From: Macrostomum hystrix
Lineage: Eukaryota > Animalia > Platyhelminthes
Length of the DNA stretch: 64,000 nucleotides
Direction: 5' to 3'
Assembly (NCBI GenBank): GCA_950097015.1
Contig: CATNEN010000028.1
Span: 806,001 to 870,000 of the forward strand
The position numbers were made by a program, and so were the translations under genes. Positions 34,225-47,351 of this stretch are shown piece after piece (within the stretch, counting starts at the first letter, position 1; every line of letters begins with the position of its first letter). The notes beneath the pieces are model-generated. The model did not search any database, had not been told where the DNA came from, and saw nothing but the letters and a program-made list of their open reading frames with translations.

Positions 34225-37200
34225 CCGACTCCCTAAATGAGTAGGGAATAGTTTCTGACTCCCTGAATGAGTAGGGAATAGTTTCTGACTGCCTAAATGA
34301 GTAGGGAATAGTTTCTGACTCCGTAAATGAGTAGGGAATAGTTTCTGACTCCGTAAATGAGTAGGGAATAGTTTCTGACTTCCTGAATGAGTAGGGAATA
34401 GTTTCTGACTCCCTGAATGAGTAGGGAATAGTTTCTGACTCCCTGAATGAGTAGGGAATAGTTTCTGACTGCCTAAATGAGTAGGGAATAGTTTCTGACT
34501 CCGTAAATGAGTAGGGAATAGTTTCTGACTTCCTGAATGAGTAGGGAATAGTTTCTGACTCCCTGAATGAGTAGGGAATAGTTTCTGACTCCCTGAATGA
34601 GTAGGGAATAGTTTCTGACTGCCTAAATGAGTAGGGAATAGTTTCTGACTGCCTAAATGAGTAGGGAATAGTTTCTGACTGCCTAAATGAGTAGGGAATA
34701 GTTTCTGACTGCCTAAATGAGTAGGGAATAGTTTCTGACTGCCTAAATGAGTAGGGAATAGTTTCTGACTCCCTGAATGAGTAGGGAATAGTTTCTGACT
34801 CCGTAAATAAGTAGGGAATAGTTTCTGACTTCCTGAATGAGTAGGGAATAGTTTCTGACTACCTGAATGAGTAGGGAATAGTTTCTGACTCCGTAAATGA
34901 GTAGGGAATAGTTTCTGACTCCGTAAATGAGTAGGGAATAGTTTCTGACTCCCTGAATGAGTAGGGAATAGTTTCTGACTCCCTGAATGAGTAGGGAATA
35001 GTTTCTGACTCCGTAAATGAGTAGGGAATAGTTTCTGACTCCGTAAATAAGTAGGCAATAGTTTCTGACTCCCTGAATGAGTAGGGAATAGTTTCTGACT
35101 CCCTGAATGAGTAGGGAATAGTTTCTGACTCCGTAAATGAGTAGGGAATAGTTTCTGACTCCCTGAATGAGTAGGGAATAGTTTCTGACTCCCTGAATGA
35201 GTAGGGAATAGTTTCTGACTGCCTAAATGAGTAGGGAATAGTTTCTGACTGCCTAAATGAGTAGGGAATAGTTTCTGACTCCCTGAATGAGTAGGGAATA
35301 GTTTCTGACTCCGTAAATAAGTAGGGAATAGTTTCTGACTTCCTGAATGAGTAGGCAATAGTTTCTGACTACCTGAATGAGTAGGGAATAGTTTCTGACT
35401 CCGTAAATGAGTAGGGAATAGTTTCTGACTCCGTAAATGAGTAGGGAATAGTTTCTGACTCCCTGAATGAGTAGGGAATAGTTTCTGACTCCCTGAATGA
35501 GTAGGGAATAGTTTCTGACTTCCTGAATGAGTAGGGAATAGTTTCTGACTTCCTGAATGAGTAGGGAATAGTTTCTGACTCCCTGAATGAGTAGGGAATA
35601 GTTTCTGACTCCCTGAATAAGTAGGGAATAGTTTCTGACTTCCTGAATGAGTAGGGAATAGTTTCTGACTCCGTAAATGAGTAGGGAATAGTTTCTGACT
35701 CCGTAAATGAGTAGGGAATAGTTTCTGACTCCGTAAATGAGTAGGGAATAGTTTCTGACTCCGTAAATGAGTAGGCAATAGTTTCTGACTACCTGAATGA
35801 GTAGGCAATAGTTTCTGACTACCTGAATGAGTAGGCAATAGTTTCTGACTCCGTAAATGAGTAGGGAATAGTTTCTGACTTCCTGAATGAGTAGGCAATA
35901 GTTTCTGACTACCTGAATGAGTAGGCAATAGTTTCTGACTCCGTAAATGAGTAGGGAATAGTTTCTGACTCCCTGAATGAATAGGGAATAGTTTCTGACT
36001 ACCTGAATGAGTAGGGAATAGTTTCTGACTCCCTGAATGAGTAGGGAATAGTTTCTGACTCCCTGAATGAGTAGGGAATAGTTTCTGACTCCCTGAATGA
36101 GTAGGGAATAGTTTCTGACTCCCTGAATGAGTAGGGAATAGTTTCTGACTCCCTGAATGAGTAGGGAATAGTTTCTGACTCCGTAAATGAGTAGGGAATA
36201 GTTTCTGACTCAGTAAATGAGTAGGGAATAGTTTCTGACTCCCTGAATGAGTAGGGAATAGTTTCTGACTCCGTAAATGAGTAGGGAATAGTTTCTGACT
36301 ACCTGAATGAGTAGGGAATAGTTTCTGACTACCTGAATGAGTAGGGAATAGTTTCTGACTCCCTGAATGAGTAGGGAATAGTTTCTGACTCCCTGAATGA
36401 GTAGGGAATAGTTTCTGACTCCCTGAATGAGTAGGGAATAGTTTCTGACTCCGTAAATGAGTAGGGAATAGTTTCTGACTTCCTGAATGAGTAGGGAATA
36501 GTTTCTGACTCCGTAAATGAGTAGGGAATAGTTTCTGACTCAGTAAATGAGTAGGGAATAGTTTCTGACTCCCTGAATGAGTAGGGAATAGTTTCTGACT
36601 CCGTAAATGAGTAGGGAATAGTTTCTGACTCAGTAAATGAGTAGGGAATAGTTTCTGACTCAGTAAATGAGTAGGGAATAGTTTCTGACTCCCTGAATGA
36701 GTAGGGAATAGTTTCTGACTCCGTAAATGAGTAGGGAATAGTTTCTGACTCCGTAAATGAGTAGGGAATAGTTTCTGACTCAGTAAATGAGTAGGGAATA
36801 GTTTCTGACTCCCTGAATGAGTAGGGAATAGTTTCTGACTCCGTAAATGAGTAGGGAATAGTTTCTGACTACCTGAATGAGTAGGGAATCGTTTCTGACT
36901 TCCTGAATGAGTAGGGAATAGTTTCTGACTCCGTAAATGAGTAGGGAATAGTTTCTGACTACCTGAATGAGTAGGCAATAGTTTCTGACTCCGTAAATGA
37001 GTAGGGAATAGTTTCTGACTCCCTGAATGAGTAGGGAATAGTTTCTGACTCCGTAAATGAGTAGGGAATAGTTTCTGACTACCTGAATGAGTAGGGAATA
37101 GTTTCTGACTACCTGAATGAGTAGGGAATAGTTTCTGACTACCTGAATGAGTAGGGAATAGTTTCTGACTACCTGAATGAGTAGGGAATAGTTTCTGACT

Positions 37201-40200
37201 CCGTAAATGAGTAGGGAATAGTTTCTGACTACCTGAATGAGTAGGCAATAGTTTCTGACTCCGTAAATGAGTAGGCAATAGTTTCTGACTCCGTAAATGA
37301 GTAGGGAATAGTTTCTGACTCCGTAAATGAGTAGGGAATAGTTTCTGACTTCCTGAATGAGTAGGGAATAGTTTCTGACTCCGTAAATGAGTAGGGAATA
37401 GTTTCTGACTCCGTAAATGAGTAGGGAATAGTTTCTGACTCCGTAAATGAGTAGGGAATAGTTTCTGACTTCCTGAATGAGTAGGGAATAGTTTCTGACT
37501 CCGTAAATGAGTAGGGAATAGTTTCTGACTACCTGAATGAGTAGGCAATAGTTTCTGACTCCGTAAATGAGTAGGGAATAGTTTCTGACTCCCTGAATGA
37601 GTATGGAATAGTTTCTGACTCCCTGAATGAGTAGGCAATAGTCTCTGACTCCCTGAATGAGTAGGGAATAGTTTCTGACTACCTGAATGAGTAGGGAATA
37701 GTTTCTGACTCAGTAAATGAGTAGGGAATAGTTTCTGACTTCCTGAATGAGTAGGGAATAGTTTCTGACTTCCTGAATGAGTAGGGAATAGTTTCTGACT
37801 CCGTAAATGAGTAGGGAATAGTTTCTGACTACCTGAATGAGTAGGGAATAGTTTCTGACTCCCTGAATGAGTAGGGAATAGTTTCTGACTCCCTGAATGA
37901 GTAGGGAATAGTTTCTGACTCCGTAAATGAGTAGGGAATAGTTTCTGACTACCTGAATGAGTAGGGAATAGTTTCTGACTACCTGAATGAGTAGGGAATA
38001 GTTTCTGACTTCCTGAATGAGTAGGGAATAGTTTCTGACTCCGTAAATGAGTAGGGAATAGTTTCTGACTCAGTAAATGAGTAGGGAATAGTTTCTGACT
38101 CCCTGAATGAGTAGGGAATAGTTTCTGACTCCGTAAATGAGTAGGGAATAGTTTCTGACTACCTGAATGAGTAGGGAATAGTTTCTGACTACCTGAATGA
38201 GTAGGGAATAGTTTCTGACTCCGTAAATGAGTAGGGAATAGTTTCTGACTCCGTAAATGAGTAGGGAATAGTTTCTGACTCCGTAAATGAGTAGGGAATA
38301 GTTTCTGACTCCGTAAATGAGTAGGGAATAGTTTCTGACTCCCTGAATGAGTAGGGAATAGTTTCTGACTCCGTAAATGAGTAGGGAATAGTTTCTGACT
38401 ACCTGAATGAGTAGGGAATAGTTTCTGACTACCTGAATGAGTAGGGAATAGTTTCTGACTCCGTAAATGAGTAGGGAATAGTTTCTGACTCCGTAAATGA
38501 GTAGGGAATAGTTTCTGACTACCTGAATGAGTAGGCAATAGTTTCTGACTCCGTAAATGAGTAGGCAATAGTTTCTGACTCCGTAAATGAGTAGGGAATA
38601 GTTTCTGACTCCGTAAATGAGTAGGGAATAGTTTCTGACTTCCTGAATGAGTAGGGAATAGTTTCTGACTCCGTAAATGAGTAGGGAATAGTTTCTGACT
38701 CCGTAAATGAGTAGGGAATAGTTTCTGACTCCGTAAATGAGTAGGGAATAGTTTCTGACTTCCTGAATGAGTAGGGAATAGTTTCTGACTCCGTAAATGA
38801 GTAGGGAATAGTTTCTGACTACCTGAATGAGTAGGCAATAGTTTCTGACTCCGTAAATGAGTAGGGAATAGTTTCTGACTCCCTGAATGAGTATGGAATA
38901 GTTTCTGACTCCCTGAATGAGTAGGCAATAGTCTCTGACTCCCTGAATGAGTAGGGAATAGTTTCTGACTACCTGAATGAGTAGGGAATAGTTTCTGACT
39001 CCGTAAATGAGTAGGGAATAGTTTCTGACTACCTGAATGAGTAGGGAATAGTTTCTGACTACCTGAATGAGTAGGGAATAGTTTCTGACTACCTGAATGA
39101 GTAGGGAATAGTTTCTGACTCAGTAAATGAGTAGGGAATAGTTTCTGACTCCGTAAATGAGTAGGGAATAGTTTCTGACTACCTGAATGAGTAGGGAATA
39201 GTCTCTGACTTCCTGAATGAGTAGGGAATAGTTTCTGACTACCTGAATGAGTAGGGAATAGTTTCTGACTCCCTGAATGAGTAGGGAATAGTTTCTGACT
39301 ACCTGAATGAGTAGGGAATAGTTTCTGACTACCTGAATGAGTAGGGAATAGTTTCTGACTCAGTAAATGAGTAGGGAATAGTTTCTGACTACCTGAATGA
39401 GTAGGGAATAGTTTCTGACTGCCTGAATGAGTAGGGAATAGTTTCTGACTCCGTAAATGAGTAGGGAATAGTTTCTGACTCCCTGAATGAGTAGGCAACA
39501 GTTTCTGACTACCTGAATGAGTAGGGAATAGTTTCTGACTCCGTAAATGAGTAGGGAATAGTTTCTGACTTCCTGAATGAGTAGGGAATAGTTTCTGACT
39601 TCCTGAATGAGTAGGGAATAGTTTCTGACTCCGTAAATGAGTAGGGAATAGTTTCTGACTACCTGAATGAGTAGGGAATAGTTTCTGACTCCGTAAATGA
39701 GTAGGGAATAGTTTCTGACTACCTGAATGAGTAGGGAATAGTTTCTGACTCCCTGAATGAGTAGGGAATAGTTTCTGACTCCCTGAATGAGTAGGGAATA
39801 GTTTCTGACTCCGTAAATGAGTAGGGAATAGTTTCTGACTACCTGAATGAGTAGGGAATAGTTTCTGACTACCTGAATGAGTAGGGAATAGTTTCTGACT
39901 TCCTGAATGAGTAGGGAATAGTTTCTGACTCCGTAAATGAGTAGGGAATAGTTTCTGACTCAGTAAATGAGTAGGGAATAGTTTCTGACTCCCTGAATGA
40001 GTAGGGAATAGTTTCTGACTCCGTAAATGAGTAGGGAATAGTTTCTGACTACCTGAATGAGTAGGGAATAGTTTCTGACTACCTGAATGAGTAGGGAATA
40101 GTTTCTGACTCCGTAAATGAGTAGGGAATAGTTTCTGACTCCGTAAATGAGTAGGGAATAGTTTCTGACTCCGTAAATGAGTAGGGAATAGTTTCTGACT

Positions 40201-43200
40201 CCGTAAATGAGTAGGGAATAGTTTCTGACTCCCTGAATGAGTAGGGAATAGTTTCTGACTCCGTAAATGAGTAGGGAATAGTTTCTGACTACCTGAATGA
40301 GTAGGGAATAGTTTCTGACTACCTGAATGAGTAGGGAATAGTTTCTGACTACCTGAATGAGTAGGGAATAGTTTCTGACTCCGTAAATGAGTAGGGAATA
40401 GTTTCTGACTACCTGAATGAGTAGGCAATAGTTTCTGACTCCGTAAATGAGTAGGCAATAGTTTCTGACTCCGTAAATGAGTAGGGAATAGTTTCTGACT
40501 CCGTAAATGAGTAGGGAATAGTTTCTGACTTCCTGAATGAGTAGGGAATAGTTTCTGACTCCGTAAATGAGTAGGGAATAGTTTCTGACTCCGTAAATGA
40601 GTAGGGAATAGTTTCTGACTCCGTAAATGAGTAGGGAATAGTTTCTGACTTCCTGAATGAGTAGGGAATAGTTTCTGACTCAGTAAATGAGTAGGGAATA
40701 GTTTCTGACTCCCTGAATGAGTAGGGAATAGTTTCTGACTCCGTAAATGAGTAGGGAATAGTTTCTGACTACCTGAATGAGTAGGGAATAGTTTCTGACT
40801 ACCTGAATGAGTAGGGAATAGTTTCTGACTCCCTGAATGAGTAGGGAATAGTTTCTGACTCCCTGAATGAGTAGGGAATAGTTTCTGACTCCCTGAATGA
40901 GTAGGGAATAGTTTCTGACTCCGTAAATGAGTAGGGAATAGTTTCTGACTTCCTGAATGAGTAGGGAATAGTTTCTGACTCCGTAAATGAGTAGGGAATA
41001 GTTTCTGACTCAGTAAATGAGTAGGGAATAGTTTCTGACTCCCTGAATGAGTAGGGAATAGTTTCTGACTCCGTAAATGAGTAGGGAATAGTTTCTGACT
41101 CAGTAAATGAGTAGAGAATAGTTTCTGACTCAGTAAATGAGTAGGGAATAGTTTCTGACTCCCTGAATGAGTAGGGAATAGTTTCTGACTCCGTAAATGA
41201 GTAGGGAATAGTTTCTGACTCCGTAAATGAGTAGGGAATAGTTTCTGACTCAGTAAATGAGTAGGGAATAGTTTCTGACTCCCTGAATGAGTAGGGAATA
41301 GTTTCTGACTCCGTAAATGAGTAGGGAATAGTTTCTGACTACCTGAATGAGTAGGGAATCGTTTCTGACTTCCTGAATGAGTAGGGAATAGTTTCTGACT
41401 CCGTAAATGAGTAGGGAATAGTTTCTGACTACCTGAATGAGTAGGCAATAGTTTCTGACTCCGTAAATGAGTAGGGAATAGTTTCTGACTCCCTGAATGA
41501 GTAGGGAATAGTTTCTGACTCCGTAAATGAGTAGGGAATAGTTTCTGACTACCTGAATGAGTAGGGAATAGTTTCTGACTACCTGAATGAGTAGGGAATA
41601 GTTTCTGACTACCTGAATGAGTAGGGAATAGTTTCTGACTCCGTAAATGAGTAGGGAATAGTTTCTGACTACCTGAATGAGTAGGCAATAGTTTCTGACT
41701 CCGTAAATGAGTAGGCAATAGTTTCTGACTCCGTAAATGAGTAGGGAATAGTTTCTGACTCCGTAAATGAGTAGGGAATAGTTTCTGACTTCCTGAATGA
41801 GTAGGGAATAGTTTCTGACTCCGTAAATGAGTAGGGAATAGTTTCTGACTCCGTAAATGAGTAGGGAATAGTTTCTGACTCCGTAAATGAGTAGGGAATA
41901 GTTTCTGACTTCCTGAATGAGTAGGGAATAGTTTCTGACTCCGTAAATGAGTAGGGAATAGTTTCTGACTACCTGAATGAGTAGGCAATAGTTTCTGACT
42001 CCGTAAATGAGTAGGGAATAGTTTCTGACTCCCTGAATGAGTATGGAATAGTTTCTGACTCCCTGAATGAGTAGGCAATAGTCTCTGACTACCTGAATGA
42101 GTAGGGAATAGTTTCTGACTACCTGAATGAGTAGGGAATAGTTTCTGACTCAGTAAATGAGTAGGGAATAGTTTCTGACTTCCTGAATGAGTAGGGAATA
42201 GTTTCTGACTTCCTGAATGAGTAGGGAATAGTTTCTGACTCCGTAAATGAGTAGGGAATAGTTTCTGACTACCTGAATGAGTAGGGAATAGTTTCTGACT
42301 CCCTGAATGAGTAGGGAATAGTTTCTGACTCCCTGAATGAGTAGGGAATAGTTTCTGACTCCGTAAATGAGTAGGGAATAGTTTCTGACTACCTGAATGA
42401 GTAGGGAATAGTTTCTGACTACCTGAATGAGTAGGGAATAGTTTCTGACTTCCTGAATGAGTAGGGAATAGTTTCTGACTCCGTAAATGAGTAGGGAATA
42501 GTTTCTGACTCAGTAAATGAGTAGGGAATAGTTTCTGACTCCCTGAATGAGTAGGGAATAGTTTCTGACTCCGTAAATGAGTAGGGAATAGTTTCTGACT
42601 ACCTGAATGAGTAGGGAATAGTTTCTGACTACCTGAATGAGTAGGGAATAGTTTCTGACTCCGTAAATGAGTAGGGAATAGTTTCTGACTCCGTAAATGA
42701 GTAGGGAATAGTTTCTGACTCCGTAAATGAGTAGGGAATAGTTTCTGACTCCGTAAATGAGTAGGGAATAGTTTCTGACTCCCTGAATGAGTAGGGAATA
42801 GTTTCTGACTCCGTAAATGAGTAGGGAATAGTTTCTGACTACCTGAATGAGTAGGGAATAGTTTCTGACTACCTGAATGAGTAGGGAATAGTTTCTGACT
42901 CCGTAAATGAGTAGGGAATAGTTTCTGACTCCGTAAATGAGTAGGGAATAGTTTCTGACTACCTGAATGAGTAGGCAATAGTTTCTGACTCCGTAAATGA
43001 GTAGGCAATAGTTTCTGACTCCGTAAATGAGTAGGGAATAGTTTCTGACTCCGTAAATGAGTAGGGAATAGTTTCTGACTTCCTGAATGAGTAGGGAATA
43101 GTTTCTGACTCCGTAAATGAGTAGGGAATAGTTTCTGACTCCGTAAATGAGTAGGGAATAGTTTCTGACTCCGTAAATGAGTAGGGAATAGTTTCTGACT

Positions 43201-46200
43201 TCCTGAATGAGTAGGGAATAGTTTCTGACTCCGTAAATGAGTAGGGAATAGTTTCTGACTACCTGAATGAGTAGGCAATAGTTTCTGACTCCGTAAATGA
43301 GTAGGGAATAGTTTCTGACTCCCTGAATGAGTATGGAATAGTTTCTGACTCCCTGAATGAGTAGGCAATAGTCTCTGACTCCCTGAATGAGTAGGGAATA
43401 GTTTCTGACTACCTGAATGAGTAGGGAATAGTTTCTGACTCCGTAAATGAGTAGGGAATAGTTTCTGACTACCTGAATGAGTAGGGAATAGTTTCTGACT
43501 CCCTGAATGAGTAGGGAATAGTTTCTGACTCCCTGAATGAGTAGGGAATAGTTTCTGACTCCGTAAATGAGTAGGGAATAGTTTCTGACTACCTGAATGA
43601 GTAGGGAATAGTTTCTGACTACCTGAATGAGTAGGGAATAGTTTCTGACTACCTGAATGAGTAGGGAATAGTTTCTGACTCAGTAAATGAGTAGGGAATA
43701 GTTTCTGACTCCGTAAATGAGTAGGGAATAGTTTCTGACTACCTGAATGAGTAGGGAATAGTCTCTGACTTCCTGAATGAGTAGGGAATAGTTTCTGACT
43801 ACCTGAATGAGTAGGGAATAGTTTCTGACTCCCTGAATGAGTAGGGAATAGTTTCTGACTACCTGAATGAGTAGGGAATAGTTTCTGACTACCTGAATGA
43901 GTAGGGAATAGTTTCTGACTCAGTAAATGAGTAGGGAATAGTTTCTGACTACCTGAATGAGTAGGGAATAGTTTCTGACTGCCTGAATGAGTAGGGAATA
44001 GTTTCTGACTCCGTAAATGAGTAGGGAATAGTTTCTGACTCCCTGAATGAGTAGGCAATAGTTTCTGACTACCTGAATGAGTAGGGAATAGTTTCTGACT
44101 CCGTAAATGAGTAGGGAATAGTTTCTGACTTCCTGAATGAGTAGGGAATAGTTTCTGACTTCCTGAATGAGTAGGGAATAGTTTCTGACTCCGTAAATGA
44201 GTAGGGAATAGTTTCTGACTACCTGAATGAGTAGGGAATAGTTTCTGACTCCGTAAATGAGTAGGGAATAGTTTCTGACTACCTGAATGAGTAGGGAATA
44301 GTTTCTGACTCCCTGAATGAGTAGGGAATAGTTTCTGACTCCCTGAATGAGTAGGGAATAGTTTCTGACTCCGTAAATGAGTAGGGAATAGTTTCTGACT
44401 ACCTGAATGAGTAGGGAATAGTTTCTGACTACCTGAATGAGTAGGGAATAGTTTCTGACTTCCTGAATGAGTAGGGAATAGTTTCTGACTCCGTAAATGA
44501 GTAGGGAATAGTTTCTGACTCAGTAAATGAGTAGGGAATAGTTTCTGACTCCCTGAATGAGTAGGGAATAGTTTCTGACTCCGTAAATGAGTAGGGAATA
44601 GTTTCTGACTACCTGAATGAGTAGGGAATAGTTTCTGACTACCTGAATGAGTAGGGAATAGTTTCTGACTCCGTAAATGAGTAGGGAATAGTTTCTGACT
44701 CCGTAAATGAGTAGGGAATAGTTTCTGACTCCGTAAATGAGTAGGGAATAGTTTCTGACTCCGTAAATGAGTAGGGAATAGTTTCTGACTCCCTGAATGA
44801 GTAGGGAATAGTTTCTGACTCCGTAAATGAGTAGGGAATAGTTTCTGACTACCTGAATGAGTAGGGAATAGTTTCTGACTACCTGAATGAGTAGGGAATA
44901 GTTTCTGACTACCTGAATGAGTAGGGAATAGTTTCTGACTCCGTAAATGAGTAGGGAATAGTTTCTGACTACCTGAATGAGTAGGCAATAGTTTCTGACT
45001 CCGTAAATGAGTAGGCAATAGTTTCTGACTCCGTAAATGAGTAGGGAATAGTTTCTGACTCCGTAAATGAGTAGGGAATAGTTTCTGACTTCCTGAATGA
45101 GTAGGGAATAGTTTCTGACTCCGTAAATGAGTAGGGAATAGTTTCTGACTCCGTAAATGAGTAGGGAATAGTTTCTGACTCCGTAAATGAGTAGGGAATA
45201 GTTTCTGACTTCCTGAATGAGTAGGGAATAGTTTCTGACTCCGTAAATGAGTAGGGAATAGTTTCTGACTACCTGAATGAGTAGGCAATAGTTTCTGACT
45301 CCGTAAATGAGTAGGGAATAGTTTCTGACTCCCTGAATGAGTATGGAATAGTTTCTGACTCCCTGAATGAGTAGGCAATAGTCTCTGACTCCCTGAATGA
45401 GTAGGGAATAGTTTCTGACTACCTGAATGAGTAGGGAATAGTTTCTGACTCCGTAAATGAGTAGGGAATAGTTTCTGACTACCTGAATGAGTAGGGAATA
45501 GTTTCTGACTCCCTGAATGAGTAGGGAATAGTTTCTGACTCCCTGAATGAGTAGGGAATAGTTTCTGACTCCGTAAATGAGTAGGGAATAGTTTCTGACT
45601 ACCTGAATGAGTAGGGAATAGTTTCTGACTACCTGAATGAGTAGGGAATAGTTTCTGACTACCTGAATGAGTAGGGAATAGTTTCTGACTCAGTAAATGA
45701 GTAGGGAATAGTTTCTGACTCCGTAAATGAGTAGGGAATAGTTTCTGACTACCTGAATGAGTAGGGAATAGTCTCTGACTTCCTGAATGAGTAGGGAATA
45801 GTTTCTGACTACCTGAATGAGTAGGGAATAGTTTCTGACTCCCTGAATGAGTAGGGAATAGTTTCTGACTACCTGAATGAGTAGGGAATAGTTTCTGACT
45901 ACCTGAATGAGTAGGGAATAGTTTCTGACTACCTGAATGAGTAGGGAATAGTTTCTGACTCAGTAAATGAGTAGGGAATAGTTTCTGACTCCGTAAATGA
46001 GTAGGGAATAGTTTCTGACTCCGTAAATGAGTAGGGAATAGTTTCTGACTACCTGAATGAGTAGGGAATAGTTTCTGACTACCTGAATGAGTAGGGAATA
46101 GTTTCTGACTCCGTAAATGAGTAGGGAATAGTTTCTGACTACCTGAATGAGTAGGGAATAGTTTCTGACTGCCTGAATGAGTAGGGAATAGTTTCTGACT

Positions 46201-46350
46201 CCGTAAATGAGTAGGGAATAGTTTCTGACTCCCTGAATGAGTAGGCAATAGTTTCTGACTCCCTGAATGAGTAGGGAATAGTTTCTGACTCCGTAAATGA
46301 GTAGGGAATAGTTTCTGACTTCCTGAATGAGTAGGAAATTGTTTCTAACT
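34225..46350. repeat. 12.1-kb satellite, ~404 x 30 bp (CCCTGAATGAGTAGGGAATAGTTTCTGACT and variants)
   Basis: Perfect 30-bp register with no indels seen; variation is concentrated in the first 5 nt of the unit as written. Confidence 0.99.
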
Positions 46351-47351
46351 CTTTTAATGAGATGGATCCCAAAGGGAGGGCGTCAAATGTTTGTTGAGAC
46401 CCAAAAAAAAAATACTTTGGACTGTTTCCAAGAATTGCTTTATTTTTTAATAGCTATAGCAAAAAGCAATGCTTAAAATTTGTCTTTACTTTCTTTACAA
46501 ATTTTGTTCGTCTCCGTGACAAGCATCTAGAATGTCAACAAAAAGGCAGATAAAATTTCTAACTATTTTGCGTTTTGATGAAAGAATAATGCTACTTAGG
46601 TAAGAATAACCAACTACGATAGGAGGTAAGAAACAGCGAATTAAGCTACTGGTGCAAACAACCTCACCAAACAACCAACAAAAAAGCAGGGCTCTGCTTG
46701 GCGACCTTGATAAAAGTCTAACAACCTAAACAGCAATTATCACTAATTACAGATCTCACAGAAAATATCCCTGTCTACTGGAATAGACCTACGTCGGCGC
46801 TAAAAAACAGTGATGATTTTCTTTCTTTCTACTTGCACTTTCTCTCAACTCTACTGGCAGTAGTGCAGCAGGGATTTTTCTTTCGAGAAATATAGCAGCG
46901 ATATACCAAACCAAAGGAAAGCGCGAAGGAAAGCGATTGGGGTAGAAAAAAAACATAAACGACTAACAAAAACTCATCGCCAGATGATGAGAAGAATATG
47001 GCAAGGAATTTCAACTCAACTGGCGGCAGATTAAGCATAAAAAACCCTTAGCATCTCAAGGCGATAGAAATAATGCATTTTCGAAGCGGATTTTTTTAAT
47101 TTGGAATCGAGGAAAATGTTTCCGGTGATCGAATATTGAAAAGTAGCATTAGTCAAACATGCTCGGAACCAAATTTCGAATGAGGATTCTTGCCGCCTTG
47201 AAGTCTTTGACTTTGTGTGCTTGAAGGTTAAACTACTTGCCAGCAGCAAAAATCCTTTGTAATTAGTGTAGCTTAAGCTGTCGATAAAAAAAAAATTAGT
47301 GATCCATTTTTATGGTATTCAATTTCTTTGCAATAATTATTTCACGCCGAA

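Noticed and set aside
34225-46350. CRISPR array (30-bp repeats)
   Set aside because: Units are head-to-tail with no unique spacers, there are no cas genes, and the context is eukaryotic.
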